NCBI RefSeq assembly: GCF_006345805.1
Contig: NC_042997.1
Span: 18,352,001 to 18,416,000 of the forward strand
Length of the DNA stretch: 64,000 nucleotides
Source: Octopus sinensis
Taxonomy: Eukaryota
Direction of reading: 5' to 3'
Below the pieces are notes generated by a model. The model was not told where the DNA came from. It ran no database searches and saw only the letters and a list, made by a program, of their open reading frames with translations. How positions within the stretch are numbered: the stretch's first letter is position 1; every line of letters starts with the position of its first letter. Below are positions 26,620-40,250 of the stretch, in pieces. The position numbers were made by a program, and so were the translations under genes.

Positions 26620-28780
26620 TATGTTGCCAGTTTAAGTAACATGCTCTATTCCAACTGCTTGTAGTTGACTGTTCTTCCCATCACTTTTATCAAATTGATG
26701 TCAAACCTTCCTGTTATTTTGGATCAAGTTCTTTTCCACATTCCTAACATCATCTGCTCTTCTCTAAACTCCAATAATTAGCAGTAATTAATTGATTTTC
26801 TCTCACTACTCATCAAATATATCTATCTCAGTGTCATACTTGTTGATTTGAATGCATTCACACATTTTCCATATTGAAGCTACTAGCACTGAAGATAAAT
26901 TTTTATTCCTCATCAATTGTCTGTACCAATTCTTCTCATTTATCATATCTAAATTCTGAGCTATCTGAAACAGTTAACAAAATGACTGCGCTTATCTTTC
27001 TAGGTGTTTTGATGAATATCCCCTCTCACAACCAAAAATCTCTATTAGTTCATTCTACAGCTATGCACCTGTAGAATACACTGCTTATAAAACTTCAAGG
27101 AAATCACTCACCAATACAATTACTGCAAAGTAGTGTTCAGGAAGACAAAAGCTGCAGTTGTGCATGGCATTAGAGAGAAGCTATCTCATCTATCAAATTG
27201 CAGCTGGATTAAACTGGTTCAGGCTCCTTACTACGGTTCTTTATAAAGATATTCTTTACTACCTTTGTGGAATCTTCTTGCTCACCACTCTCCAAAGAAA
27301 GATGTGACAAAAGTTATACATCTCCAAATACTACCCAATCTGCTTTTAAATTCACAATGCAATTACATATGATCTTTTCAAACTCCAGTCTCCATCGAAC
27401 TTACTGAGACATTATGTACACTTAGGTACCAAGTATATAAATTTGTTTTGTCATTTCAATCCAGCAGGGTTATGCTGATGATATTTCTTCCATTTTATTC
27501 AAACAATATGGGATCTGATCTGACCCATGTAGATATCCAATAGCATATACCATTTTGCTGAAGGAGAACCTATCTGACTTTGATAACCACTGAGCTATTA
27601 CTCCAACTTGATGAAAACAGTTGAAAACAGCTTCCTCTATCATTTCAAGTTTCTTTCTACTATCAGCATTTATCAGTAGTTTCTATAAAGCAATATGTGA
27701 GATGTTATACAGCAGTAGGCTTTTCATTCTCAAGATCTTTAAATGAAGCAATGACGTAGTTTATTAGATCAACTAAGATTTCAACAATGAGATTTCCCAC
27801 CTAAGTTGTCCTTCTGTCACTCAATACTTTGCTTGTCACTCATTAATTGCATCAAACAATTTTAATCATAGTATCTTGGAGTCTGACAAAAACTGCTATA
27901 AAATGTCTCTCAGCTACATTCTTCTGCTCTGGTGTACTGCAAAGTTCAGCTATTTCCCTCATTTCTTTTTCTCTGTGCATTAAAATCATATTCTACATTC
28001 AATCCAATGCCGATGATATCATTCTTTATTTCTTCTTGTCCTGCCACATGCAACTTATATACTAACAGACTTGCATTGCTGTGATAAATACTTTGAAAGC
28101 AGCATAATAATCTAATCTTCTTTAACAATACAAATATACTACAATCACTTGACATACCAAAGAAACAGTTTTATTATAATTCACCCTCCTATCTCATGAA
28201 TGACTCACAACTAAACTATGGGAATTTGTATCATATGTTACCTCTCACAGCCCCTGATGAGTTCATGTCTATGACATTATGAAACTTATGCTCCAGAGAC
28301 CAGGTTTCTTTATCAGGTCCACAATTATTGACAGCAGCCGATTCTTTATGATACACAACTGCAATCTAAATTAAAGTAGTTAATTTATCTTGATCAATTC
28401 TACAGCTTCATGCATAAACATCGTAGATCACATAGAAAATGACATCCATTTAATTGCCAAATATTTGCTCACTAGTTAACTTCACCTACCATCCCACAAA
28501 TACTCTGTTGCATCAGAATTCCTGGCCTCTAATGGTGCGATGGCTTCTGCTCTTTTAAACAAACTCAATACCACTTCTGCCAAGACACATCTAAAGCAAC
28601 TACCTCCCTTCCACTCATTACCTCTACTCTACTCAGTCAACAAAATCCAAATTAAACACTTTGTTCAACTCTTCCTATCTATAATTTCACCATCTATAAT
28701 CCAACCATGCTTACTTTTTTCTCAATGAAATCATTCCATAAAAGTTCATATGGAAAATCAACCACATTTATTTCCCTAAT
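26620..28780 (+). mobile_element. Highly decayed CR1/L2-like LINE RT region and 3' end
   Basis: Peptide remnants SKYYPICL (YRPISL-like), QQ*AFHS (QYGFR-like) and SNADDIILY (YADD motif at ~28005) in correct order. Confidence 0.55.
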
Positions 28781-29139
28781 CTCAGACAAGCTGTGAAATT
28801 TATGGATACTGGATTTCCTTTTTGGACTAAATGTTACACATTATAAATAAAAATTTGAAATGTTTGATATATATATATATATATATATATAATTATTTAT
28901 AATGAATAAATGTAGGAGCAATTGATCTGTTAAAAATAGCAACCACATCTCCCTCAAATCAGACTCTATGATCTTGTATTGTGTATTGTTTGTGCAGTGC
29001 AGGTTGTATTCTTCTGTTGGGTATTAAACTTCTATGGTACATGTGAGGTTTGTTTATTTTATTGGGTATTTACTGTACGAGTTTATTCCTGTATGTTTTT
29101 GGAGGAGTGTTGCACTGTAGTGTGCATGGACCATAAATC

Positions 29140-29295
29140 ATTCACCACACACTTGGTTAGCATCAGGAAGAGCATCCAACTGTAGAAACCATGCCAAATC
29201 AGATTGGAACTGGTGCAGTCTTCCAGCTTACCAGTTTTCAAACAAACCATCCAACCCATGCCAGCATGGAAAGCGGATGTTAAACGATGATGATA
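29140..29295 (+). mobile_element. 3' part of family D
   Basis: ttggttagcatcaggaagagcatccaactgtagaaacc...ccaacccatgccagcatggaaagcggatgttaaacgatgatga. Confidence 0.87.
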
Positions 29296-29659
29296 AAGAT
29301 AAATAATGTAGTGTGTGATACATAAATTCTGGGATGACTACAGCTGAAATGCATATAACCATCAGCCTTCGTGATCAGAGTTAACCAGGAGGGAGGAAAT
29401 AAAAGATTTTTTGTATTCCTATATCCTTTAGAAAGAGTTGTGAATGAGAAGTGTCAATTATTTTCCACAAATTACAAAACTTCCACCAACATTTTGCTTA
29501 TGTCATGAAGAAGTCAGTTTTATAGAGAATAATATTTTCTGAAATTTTTGTTTAGATTATTAAATGTGCATCTGCAAATATTACTCAGCAACATCAACTG
29601 TGCAACAGAATATTTACTTTATATCAGGATGTAACAGCTGTTTAAGATGACAGTTGCAT

Positions 29660-30010
29660 GAAATTGTATATCATAATCTATAATGATTATAGACTGTAAG
29701 AAGAGTCTTTTAATATTATGACTGCAGACAACAGACTATCAGCTGGAAAATCACAGTCAACAACCTCAGATACCAGCTGATCAAATAAGCAATTGCAAAC
29801 ACTGATCTGTAAGTTATTAAGTAAACAATTGGATGATGAGAAACTACCTCATCTACTTATAAGACTACTTAAGGTAGCAACCTGTCATATAGTGATTAAG
29901 GTCTAAATTCACAATATTTAACATGTCTAGGAACCAGTTACTTTTGTGATAAATACGGCAGATATATATAATCAGCAACTGGCTTGATTTGTGACTAAAT
30001 TATATGGCCT
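29660..30010 (+). mobile_element. Decayed Penelope-like RT N-terminal fragment
   Basis: IMIIDCKKSLLI..TDYQLE resembles IxxADKGxxxVIMxxxDY, and taaattcacaa resembles the PKIHK codons; very degenerate. Confidence 0.45.
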
Positions 30011-32109
30011 ATTGTATTTTCTGAATTTTGAAGTAGGTATTCTGGTCTCTAAAGATTATATAGTAGGGGTGTATATGCCATATTATTTTTAATGACTATC
30101 TACATATTGCTTACATAATTTTTTTTTTTTAATTTAGATTTTGCTCAAGACAAGAGTGTAAAGTATTTCATCAAAATTGCTCATTTTTTTGTGAAGAATC
30201 TCTTGTTTTTGTGGCTTAAGCAACATATTGCATTGCACCAAGCAACAAATGTGTATGTACTCTAGATAGATTAGAAATCAATCGGAAAAATAAATTTTAC
30301 TTTTAATAATTTTCCAATAACATGGCTTTTAATAACAATGTTTGATGAACAGCATCAACAAAATATAACAATAACAATAAGAAAAATTGCAGACAACCAT
30401 TACACAAAATGCACAAGCGTATAGAAATGATTCTAGAGCATTTTCAACATTATATTTATGTAAGCTTTTAATTACAATTTCCTCTTTCCTATTTTTCCTT
30501 TCATCTGGTTCATATAAAATTAAATATTATGTAAATTTCTTAAATATTGATGTATATTACAATGCAGTGCTATATAGATGACAGGGGAAAACTGGAAAGA
30601 AAGCTTTGGTTATGGAAGAGATAAGAGGAATAGATTTCTGCACACAAATCAATAGCTCTTCAAAGAATCAACAAACAATATGCAATGAAAGTGAGTTTAC
30701 AGGAAACAAACTCACTAATTTTCTTAGCAGAATTACTTTTAAATGTGAATATTTTAGATTAGATATTATTATATGACTTTTTTTTTTTTTAGTGAAAGTG
30801 AAAAAGATTGTATATTGGCTAGCAATCAGAAAATGTAAAAAAAATAAATTAAAATATATGAAAGGAACAACTACAAAGGCAACAGCAGCAATAGCAACAC
30901 AAGTATCATAACAAAAAGTTGATATAAAATAAAGAAAATCGGTTCCTGGTAATTAGTGTGTTTGATTCCAGTTATGTTAATTCAAACAAATATCTATGAA
31001 TAATGGTGCTAATTATCTATCTTGTCATTGCAAGGTAGTATTTAGGAAAATTAACACTTGTATTGTAAGTTCTGTGGTGTTTGTTTCTGTTTCTGCTGAT
31101 GTATAGAGGCACAATTATAAATGAGATAGCAGAAAACCTATAGCTAGATAAAGATTTATAGCAGAAATGGAATAATCAATACAATGTTGGCAAGAAGAAC
31201 ATGTTTAACTTTTACTATCAGTCTCTAAATTAGTTTATCAGATAGGTTTAACCCCAAGATATCTCTCATTAATATTAGCTATCAAAAACTGTTCCATCAA
31301 AACAAAAACCTGTTTACTGGATAACTCCCTTGGTCTTTCTCTATTTTCACATGAAACTAATTATGATGTAATATTTCATTTTACTAATACATATATAGGC
31401 TCATTTCAATGCATATAGTTTTCCTCATTGCAATTCATCCATTACAAAAAAATTTTGTAAATTATATTTTATTTTATTTGATCCAGTTATATATAAATCA
31501 AATTTTAATATTATCAAATTTACTTGTTGTAAAACTAAAAAGAAAACAAAAATAATAAACAAATTCTCTCTTTTCATAGCTTTTCCTTTTCTTTTTTTTT
31601 TCTGATTGATTTCAGTTCAGTTACATCTGAAAGAATCTCATTTTATTGATGACTATTTAAACTAATCAAACCTTATTCTGTATAACTAATTTAAAGAAAT
31701 TGTAAAGTAGAAACTCACACACATACCAAACTTCTAAAATTCTTTATTGAGAACATTTTATTTTTCTCCTTTTATGTCTCATTATTATATTATTTATACA
31801 TAATTTATACTAATTCATTGCAGAGGTCAACAGTCAAGGAAATTATTTTATGCATTTAGGCTATAATATCTAAAAGGAAGTAGAGTCATTTCTATGAATT
31901 TAATTCAATCTTGATATTATAGAATTCTTTCATGAAATAAGTCATCCAGCTGCATATCATGACTTCCTTTGGAGACTATATTCATGAGCTTACAAGTGTA
32001 CATGTATGTGTGTGAGTGTGTATGTGTGTGAGTGTATGTGTGTGTGAGTGTGTGTGTTAAATACATAATTGCAGTAGTATGTCTATTCTTTATACCATTA
32101 TGCTAAATT

Positions 32110-32500
32110 TCTATAATTATCTTTATGACATTACCTTTATGCAGTAGGTCAAAGCAGGCATACATCTCTTGTATATTCCTAAAGCATGATAACCCAATAA
32201 AAGAATAAATGTTCACAGATGCTTTATGAAGATGTCGTTTCCCAGAAGAATTTAAGATTTGCTTCCAGGTAGTTGAAGATGATACTTCTGCATCCACTTC
32301 AGAACTTTATGTCATCTTTCTTGTAATAATCATGTCATCCAGAATATATTAGTTTGTAAATTCTGATGTTTGTGTTCCACAGTCTTTCAAAAGACATAAC
32401 CTCTTTCAAAAGATATTTGATTTTGTCCACTATTTTGTCCCTTATAATCAGATGACCTTTGTGGATTTTCTGGAATACCTTCAAGCTACCTTTCACTGGA
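32110..32500 (-). mobile_element. Decayed Tc1/mariner-like transposase N-terminal (HTH) fragment
   Basis: Minus-strand peptide IF*KRLCLLKD...EVSSSTTWKQIL...HLHK resembles the KFExTG...S.STVW.IL...L.YK pattern. Confidence 0.45.
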
Positions 32501-33603
32501 AATGCAACTGAATATCTTACAACACAACTTTAGTATATCGATAATTCTTTCAGTTAGCCTGTTGTCCTCATGAATGTTCTAATTTCTATTGTATTTGAAA
32601 AAGCATAAGAAAGGACAGCGTGTCAAACTTTACAATCATAGATTATCACTTCTTGAGAAATGATATAGAAACAAAATGATGCGGAACCAAAAGAATTATG
32701 TGGTTGCTTAACTTGTTATAAATAGTTGCTAAATCTACCTGAAATCACATCATCTCATCAAAGAAAAAGTCATACTAAATGATGTAGTTCGGTGAATACA
32801 GTGCCAAAAAAGAAAAGACAATATGGTTATGGCTTGAATGATCTTTGATCAGAATCAATCTGGGGTGCCAGGTAGATTTTATGAGCATTCATTATAAGAA
32901 CATCTCTCAATTGCCCAACCTACTAGAAAGAGTAACTAAATCTTCCTCAAGTTACACCCACTATCTTAAATAAAGGAAGGCCACATTGGATAATGTACAC
33001 CAGTGTACACTACTATAGCTAGAAAGATAAACAAACTATGGTAATGGGTGAAATGTTTTTGATTATCATTGCTCAATCAGGACTGATCTGAGACTATATT
33101 ATCAAATAATATTGATGTTTGTTGTGCTGTTGTTTTTGTTTAGCCCCAGGTCAACCCAGACTGAGTAATCCTATGATCAAAGGCATTCCTGATTTAACAA
33201 TTCTAACTTTTGATGGGGAAGAACTAGTTGCTATTACTATCACGTACAGTGATCAGTGGATGATAGTAAATTTGTTTTCTGATTTCATCTGTATTTTGCT
33301 ATTTTGAAATCCCTGTTACAGCAAAGATTTATTTTTGTAGTTGTCATTGCCTTATATCATAGGAAGGCAGCAAAAGCTCATAAATTTATAATTGTGGAGT
33401 GTCTGCTAGAAATATGCTATAAAATCAAAATGCCTCTTTCTCAATTTGTGGGGTTTTTTTTTTCAATTTATAACTACAAGAAATAAAGCAGACATTTGGC
33501 ATTATCTTCAACCATATTATACACACACGTGTGTGTGTGTATAATAAGATATTATTAAAAATAATAATAATATAGTGGCCAGAAACCAATATATGTAAAT
33601 ATT

Positions 33604-33838
33604 AGGGTGTTAAGTTGACAGAATCGTTAGCACGCTGGGCAAAATGCTTTGCAGTATTTTGTCAGCCATTACATTCTGAGTTCTAATCCCACCGAGGTTG
33701 ACTTTGCCTTTCATCCTTTCAGAGTCAATTAAACAAGTAGCAGTTATGCACTGGGGTCGATGTAATCGGCTTAATCCCTTTGTCTGTCCTTGTTTGTCCC
33801 CTTGTGTTTTTGCCTCCTAAGGGTAATAAAGAAATAAA
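33604..33838 (+). mobile_element. tRNA-derived SINE family C
   Basis: gacagaatcgttagcacgctgggc...gagttctaatcccaccgaggttgactttgcctttcatcctttc...taataaagaaata. Confidence 0.9.
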
Positions 33839-33970
33839 TATAAGTAAAAATACATAGATATTTAGGGTATAAAAATATATATTTAGAAAGAAGAGTCAAC
33901 TCTTCCTTCTAGCATTGCTGGTATATATTTTTTATACCTTAAATATATATACATATACATACATGCATAC

Positions 33971-34024
<54 letters not shown>

Positions 34025-34028
<4 letters not shown>

Positions 34029-34250
34029 TAAATTAGAGATAAAATCACTATTAGGCAAATCAAACAATGAAAAACATAAGCCAATACATAAAATTAATTA
34101 ATTATATTATTTTAAATATATATCAAAAGTATTAAAAGTTTAATAAAAGATAAAGAGTAAAACACTACGATCGTTTCATGGCTGTACAATTCATAATAAT
34201 TCGAGTTATGGTTACAGTCAATCTTCAGGTAATTGAAATATTTATCTTAG
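34025..34250 (-). mobile_element. Solo copy of the PLE-like terminal arm (same family as 42561-42885 and 43575-43900)
   Basis: High similarity to 42561-42780, abuts (TA)n, and contains the minus-strand CTGAAGA...GAAAC-GATC-GTA motif. Confidence 0.9.
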
Positions 34251-34257
34251 CGAGGTT

Positions 34258-34289
<32 letters not shown>

Positions 34290-34599
34290 CACACACGTGT
34301 GTGTATGTATATGGTTGAAGATAATGCCAAATATGAGTGTGTGTGTATTCATTTTGAGGTGATGATTAATTTTGTCATTTGATTTTTTTCAGTGTTACAT
34401 TTGAGAATGAGAAAACCTAACAAGTTAGATACAAAACAATCAAAACCAACACACAGGAATCTATACTATGTTATTATATTTAGATACATTGAATTTACTT
34501 GAAGAAGAAAATTAAAAATAGTAGAAAGTTCAGCTCAATATATGTGCATGCAGGAAGACCAAGAAAGAGTATAAGGTGTATAAAGTTTGTATTGTGGCT

Positions 34600-35530
34600 T
34601 CATTTCAAATTCAATCACCTGTACATAGAAGAAAATCTCTTGGATACACTCACTATCATCAACCCCATAGATACATTATGGTTTTTCACTGCAATATATA
34701 CACAGAACACAACTACTAACGTCTTGGCAATCCCACTCCATGATTATCAAACACAAAAGTAACTGTAATCTCTAGATCAGACTCATTACCCTTGTTAAAT
34801 CGACTTAGGCATTATTAACAAAACAAATCCTGCATATGCTCTTACCTAAACTTAAGAAGGCATCTGTTGAAACGCTGTGAAACAACGTACAACCAACTTC
34901 AAATCACATCTTAACACAACTCCAAATTACTGCAATGCAATATTAAAGAAGGCTATGTTTTAATTATAAAACTATTTCTGATTAAGACCTTCAGCCATAA
35001 TAGAACTACGAACCTAGCGAGGGGGAAACATATGTTATCTTACTAGTTTGGAAGTCTCTCATGTGACTCCAAAAATCTTCTGATGTTCCACTTGGGAGAA
35101 AATTACTTTGTAGAGGTCAGCAACAATGTTGGATAATCCTACTCACGAGTTTAAAATTTAAAAATTTCCGTTTTTACAAGGTAGATTATATAAGGATGAC
35201 AGCTTTCTACACCTTAAAGTCTGCAACACTGATTCTACCAAAAGGACCACCACCACTTCTTTAAAATTCTTAAAACTTAGCAACCGACTTGAAACTGCAG
35301 AATTTCGTGATATCACTGGTGACTTCTCTAATTCTCTCTAATAACCTTTTCACAACCTAAACACGGTGATAAATTACATACATAGGATGTCAAACCACAC
35401 TAAACTAAGTTGTCTTAGATAACTTAGGTAAATAATGTAAGTCTTTCAATAATGGACACATATTTACAGGTCACACTGCTTACTGCTACAAAGAATGTAA
35501 TAAACTTTAAAGGAAGAATTACTTAAGTTG
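34600..35530 (+). mobile_element. Decayed Penelope-like reverse transcriptase (RLINPAK/GLYRDD-type)
   Basis: Peptides RLGNPT, LLQCNIKEGY (FIQFDIxEFY-like), RLYKDDSF (GLYRDDGL-like), EFRDIT (FLDVT-like) and INYIHRMSNH occur in correct order. Confidence 0.8.
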
Positions 35531-36839
35531 AACCACTTTGTATCATTATTAATTATGCTGTCATTATAGTAGTCTTAGTGTCTATTTGTTCCATTTAACA
35601 TCACCATACTCACTATCAATCCTTTACATCTTAGTCAACTTTAGCCTCTTCTACACCCATATCTTTTGACTGATCTCAGACACCGTTTTCAGTTCCAGTC
35701 CACTCCAGCATCATCCCCAGCCTCTCTGTACACATGAACCACGAAACACGTAGTTTATACATATATATACCTGTGTGTGTGTGTGTTTGTGTGTGGCTAG
35801 CTAACTATATATGTTCTAGTGGCTTACACATCATCAATATACCATTCGTGACCCATTTTCATTATTTACATTTTTATTTTTGCACTAAAACTATTTTTAC
35901 ATTGCCATTAACCCTATTTCCCCTCCAGCAGTACATAATTTACATTATCTTCCCTCGCCCCGTAGTACCTTTAATGGCCATACTACAAAACGTAGGATTT
36001 AGTGCTCAGACAATATTCCTCACTTCGTATTTTTGTATTTTGAATAACAAGATAACTGAACCTTCTAATAATTTATCAATCATTCATTTATCAATTTTCT
36101 TACACATCATGACTGCCTTAGCACGTACTATACATTCATCACCTTACTTCACAATAAAAGTTAACTCTAACATAAGTTCTTTACATTTTTCATGTCATCT
36201 CGATCAAGTTAATTAGCATGCAGCCATTTGTTGACTATCGATATTGTTTCAAAACATCTCACATACCATTCTCATTCTCTTTCTTTTTATCTTTCTTGCA
36301 TTCTTCACTCGCCTACATCCATCTCCCCGATTCTACTTGCTTCTGATCACTTCTCAGCCCATTCCTTTCTTTCTCCCTCTTCTCGTGCTTTTCATTCCTT
36401 TTGAACTGCTTCTTCTGTTAAACAACGATTCATTTATCACTTGCCTACAAGACTAATAAATAATGTTTGCTACAAATTACGCCTTCTCCAACCTTACAGT
36501 ATTTTAACATCTTAAACTAAAACCTAAGATGACTGTTGCATTGCATTCATTTATACCGTGTCCAAATATTTACTTTATGTTAAATTATAAATCTTAATTC
36601 TAATAATTTTACTTCAGTTGCCGTTAGATTGAATTGTCCAGTATGCGTGCAAAAGTGACGAAACCATTTTTCACGCACTTGCTGAGTATCCAGGCTTTGC
36701 TGATTTGTGGAGTTATGTTTAATTGCTACAGTCGCATGTGGCACAGACTTGGTTCTTGGTTCAGTCAGTCATGATGAACCATTGTCGCATACCGTTAGCT
36801 GTGCAGGAAAATCTGATTTCGACCGTATACTGGCTATTT

Positions 36840-37060
36840 TGGCAGAATCGTTAGCGCGCCGGGCGAAGTGCGTAGCCGTATTTCGTCTGCCGTTACGTTC
36901 TGGGTTCAAATTCCGCCGAGGTCGACTTTGCCTTTCATCCTTTCGGGGTCGATAAATTAAGTACCAATTACGCACTGGGGTCGATATAATCGACTTAATC
37001 CGTTCGTCTGTCCTTGTTTTCCCCCTCTGTGTTTAGCCCCTTGTGGGTAGTAAAGAAATA
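36840..37060 (+). mobile_element. Young SINE family C copy (5'-clipped)
   Basis: ggcagaatcgttagcgcgccgggcgaa...gggttcaaattccgccgaggtcgactttgcctttcatcctttcggggtcgataaattaagtacc; CpGs retained. Confidence 0.93.
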
Positions 37061-37497
37061 TATTTCGAAAGAGGATGAGTGGTAGGTGTAGTTCAAATTT
37101 CTGAGAACGGACGCTTGTTGTTAGTTGAACCCTCATCGACTTTTTCATAGCAAGAAAAGGTAAGGATGGGAAGAGAGGTTCTGTCTTCAAGTGAATTTAC
37201 TCAAATGAAGATGAGACTTGCGAAAAAAAAGAACAGTGAACAGGATCGCTTGTAGGTTGGAGCACGTCAATTGAAGATGATACCGCTACCTGATTTTTAA
37301 GGTGACATTCGATCTGTGATTTTCGATTGGCTCATTGATGAGGTTTTCTTGTGTCAGGAGGACTGTATTATCTTTATTTATTATTTGTATACTATGTAAA
37401 TTTATATATGATGTCCATTTTTTTACTCATTCGAATGGTTTCCAACTATAGATGGATAGGTTGTTGTTGAACCACTAATATGACTCACTCAGAAAGC

Positions 37498-37669
37498 TGT
37501 AATCACATTTCGTAGAAGACTCGGATGAAGAACATATGAACTAGGTTGTAACTTTAAATGCGTTTATTGTGGCCAGACGTATATACACAATGGAATGATA
37601 AATAGAAAGGTTGGTGTGTAGAGGCCATGGTCTTCTGTGCTTTGCTCTTATCTGCAAGCTGGCGTGTGG

Positions 37670-37767
<98 letters not shown>

Positions 37768-37915
37768 AGTCAGGTCACATCTTCACCGCTCGCGTCCCAG
37801 TGCAGAAAGAGGAAGAGACGAGTGTCTGAACCCTTAATGTTGCATAACGTCCTCTATATGTATAGCCAGCTTATTTAACCCGCTGTCAAGGGGGAAGGAG
37901 GAAACTGCGCCTACA
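37498..37915 (-). mobile_element. 3' LTR of a Gypsy-like element
   Basis: On the minus strand it begins TGTAG after a purine-rich aagaggtgg tract, ends TTACA, and contains aataaa and an internal (GA)n. Confidence 0.7.
37673..37765. repeat. (GA)n microsatellite inside the LTR
   Basis: Directly visible. Confidence 0.97.
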
Positions 37916-39430
37916 GAGGCCACCTCTTAGACCGGAAGCGGTTGATTAATAGTGGGGTAGGCGGAGTGTGCACAAGGAAGACACAGAAGGATGAATCATG
38001 GCAAAACAGTTGTGTGAACAATTGAAAAAATACAATGCAAATACGTACAAGGAAAACGTTCAGCAAAGAAAGGTGCCCAATCAAATAGAACAAAGCACAT
38101 ATGTGCAATGATACGGAAAGAGAGAAAATATGAATGCAGTGTCTTTAGCAGCATAAGTCTATTCTCCAGAACAGTCACTGACGAAGCAAAGTTAAGAAAT
38201 GTAAATAGTGTGAGACAATTTCTTCGACTAATGAACCGATCTGCCAGAACGTGTCCTGTAAGGTGAAGAATGCGTTTGTATAGTTGGTATTTTGGTGAGT
38301 GGAAGTGGTGCTTGTAGGGATAGGGTGGCAGTGTTTGTAGAATGATGGGTGTGTCAGTAAGTGGCATAAATGTTTCGGAAAATGCATTTTTTACTCTGTC
38401 GATAGAGACAGTCTCTTTTTCTCCGTGACTGTCCACAGTGAACACTTTCGGTACGATTTTGTCGGAGACAGCGTTATCTGGGTGTCTTTCTTTTACTGAT
38501 CTCTAGAGAGAGAGATGTCCGAAAGACCAGGAATGGTGGACATAAACCTTCGAGGCCAAATACTTAAGCTGGCACCCTTATTCACCATAAAGGACTTTGA
38601 AGAATTGGCATCTCTGATAATGAATGTACGGTAAAGTGAATCAATGGGGGAGACGACTGACATGCCCAATGTCTTCCTGCCTTGTTTCCTTGAGGAGAGT
38701 AAGAGCAGAGCTGTGTACATTTCTCGGCCTGGTCCTTGAACTTCATGTGGTACCAGCAGATTGAGGGACCAGGAAGTGCGCGTGTGCGCGAGAAGGAGCG
38801 GCGCCTGGCCTTCTCTGCGGAATGATCCCTTGAAGACGAACGGTTCCTGTACATGCGTGAAACCTGACTGGTCAGTTCTGCGATAGCCCGCAAGATTTCA
38901 GCGGATTGCATGTCGTCCGGAGCAGAAGTAGAATCTTGAGAGGAAGATGAAGAAGCGACAAGGTTATCTGAGGAGGATGGTGAGCTAGAAAATTCATAAT
39001 CCCGTCTGCGGAGGCGGCGAGTTGTGCAAGGGCTGTGTGTTCTTTTAGAGAAACTGAAATCGACTGGACATTAGAAGGCATCCTCGAGAAACATAATTGT
39101 TTGACAAATGCTTGTCCCTCATATGAGCTATCGGACAACTCTCGGATTCGTCGCAAAACTGGGTGGGGGTTCGGTCCCCGAGATGCTCATCCTACAAGAG
39201 TGTGCGAAATTTACTCTCAGCAGAGGATAGTTATGCCGGAGATTTCGTAAGTCATATCCGATGGAGTTCCTGTTATTATATCTCGCACTGAACTCTTGCA
39301 AGCTTCTCTCTTTCTTTTCTTATTATCCTCAGCAGTTTACCGTCTTTCTCCATCTCTTCTCAATACCCGCAAGCTGTGTAGTCCTGAGCTGGAGTAAAAG
39401 ACTCGTTGGCTTAACGATTTCTATCACCTC
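37916..39430 (-). mobile_element. Internally deleted CsRn1-like Gypsy retrotransposon: frameshifted gag, protease start and integrase C-terminal tail
   Basis: gag VRDIITGTP, LGDRTPTQF and CWYHMKFKDQAEKCTQLC (CsRn1-type CHCC motif); protease FIIRDANSSKSFMVNKGASLSIWP; integrase tail TVSIDRVKNA and TRSGRSVH. RT, RNase H and the integrase core are absent. Confidence 0.9.
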
Positions 39431-39579
39431 TGCTGCTTATAGACCCTGAAGATGATATGATTTCCTTTCTCCATTCGTTATTTGCTGCAGGAACTGTGAC
39501 TTATAGTTATTCGAAAACAGCAGTAGCGCAGGTACAATCGTCTGAAGCCTACCCTTTGTTGTCTTTTTTATCTGTGCTG

Positions 39580-40250
39580 TTGACTACCACCTGATTTTTT
39601 TCCTTTCGTTTCCTCTTCCTGTGGCCAGAATGTTCTTTGGGCGTCCCTTACCAAAACACGTATAGCAACAAAGCTTTCTTGCCTGAGCCACCACTGAGAA
39701 TGACTCCTTTTCCTCTACGTCACTAGGTACAACTCCCAGATAGTCCTGTATTCTTCTGAGACCACAAGAATCTGAATGTTAAAGCATACTCCATCTAACC
39801 ACATTTTGTTACATGTCTGACGTTTGTATCACAAGTTCGTACTATGCTACAAAGCTTATGGCAATTCAAAGTTAAATATCACCATTAATACACCTGGCCA
39901 TGGCAATTGTATTCCTGTTTCTCGTGAATTGGACATGTACAGTACCTCTCTTCATTCTTGTTTCTCTGCCTTGAAAATCAGTGACGCTTTCAGTCATATG
40001 CTTTGCTCTAATTGATGCAGGGATATGTCCATGCACATGTTAGCCAAGGCTTCTATTTTTCTATCAGTAGCATATGGATTCGCGTACATTTGTTTTTGAA
40101 AAACAGCTGTATGCTGACACATTTCTGGAGCTAGGAGACACCCATTTGTGACGTATCTATTCCGTGTTCCTTGCTTTTTCACTATTTGGAATTAACTGAT
40201 GTCCAACATTTCCATTTAGTTTGCAATGCAAACCAAAGCTAAGTTACTGT
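39580..40250 (-). mobile_element. Decayed piggyBac/PGBD-like transposase remnant
   Basis: HTAVFQKQMY (HxVxFDNxF-like), MKRGTV...IAMARCING (KRG...RWxDN-like) and RGK motif in expected order; no TTAA-TIR found. Confidence 0.4.

Noticed and set aside
28254-28295. CTGATGA...GAAAC hammerhead-like motif
   Set aside because: No NUH triplet at the expected position (gct) and no stem I pairing; at best a dead remnant.
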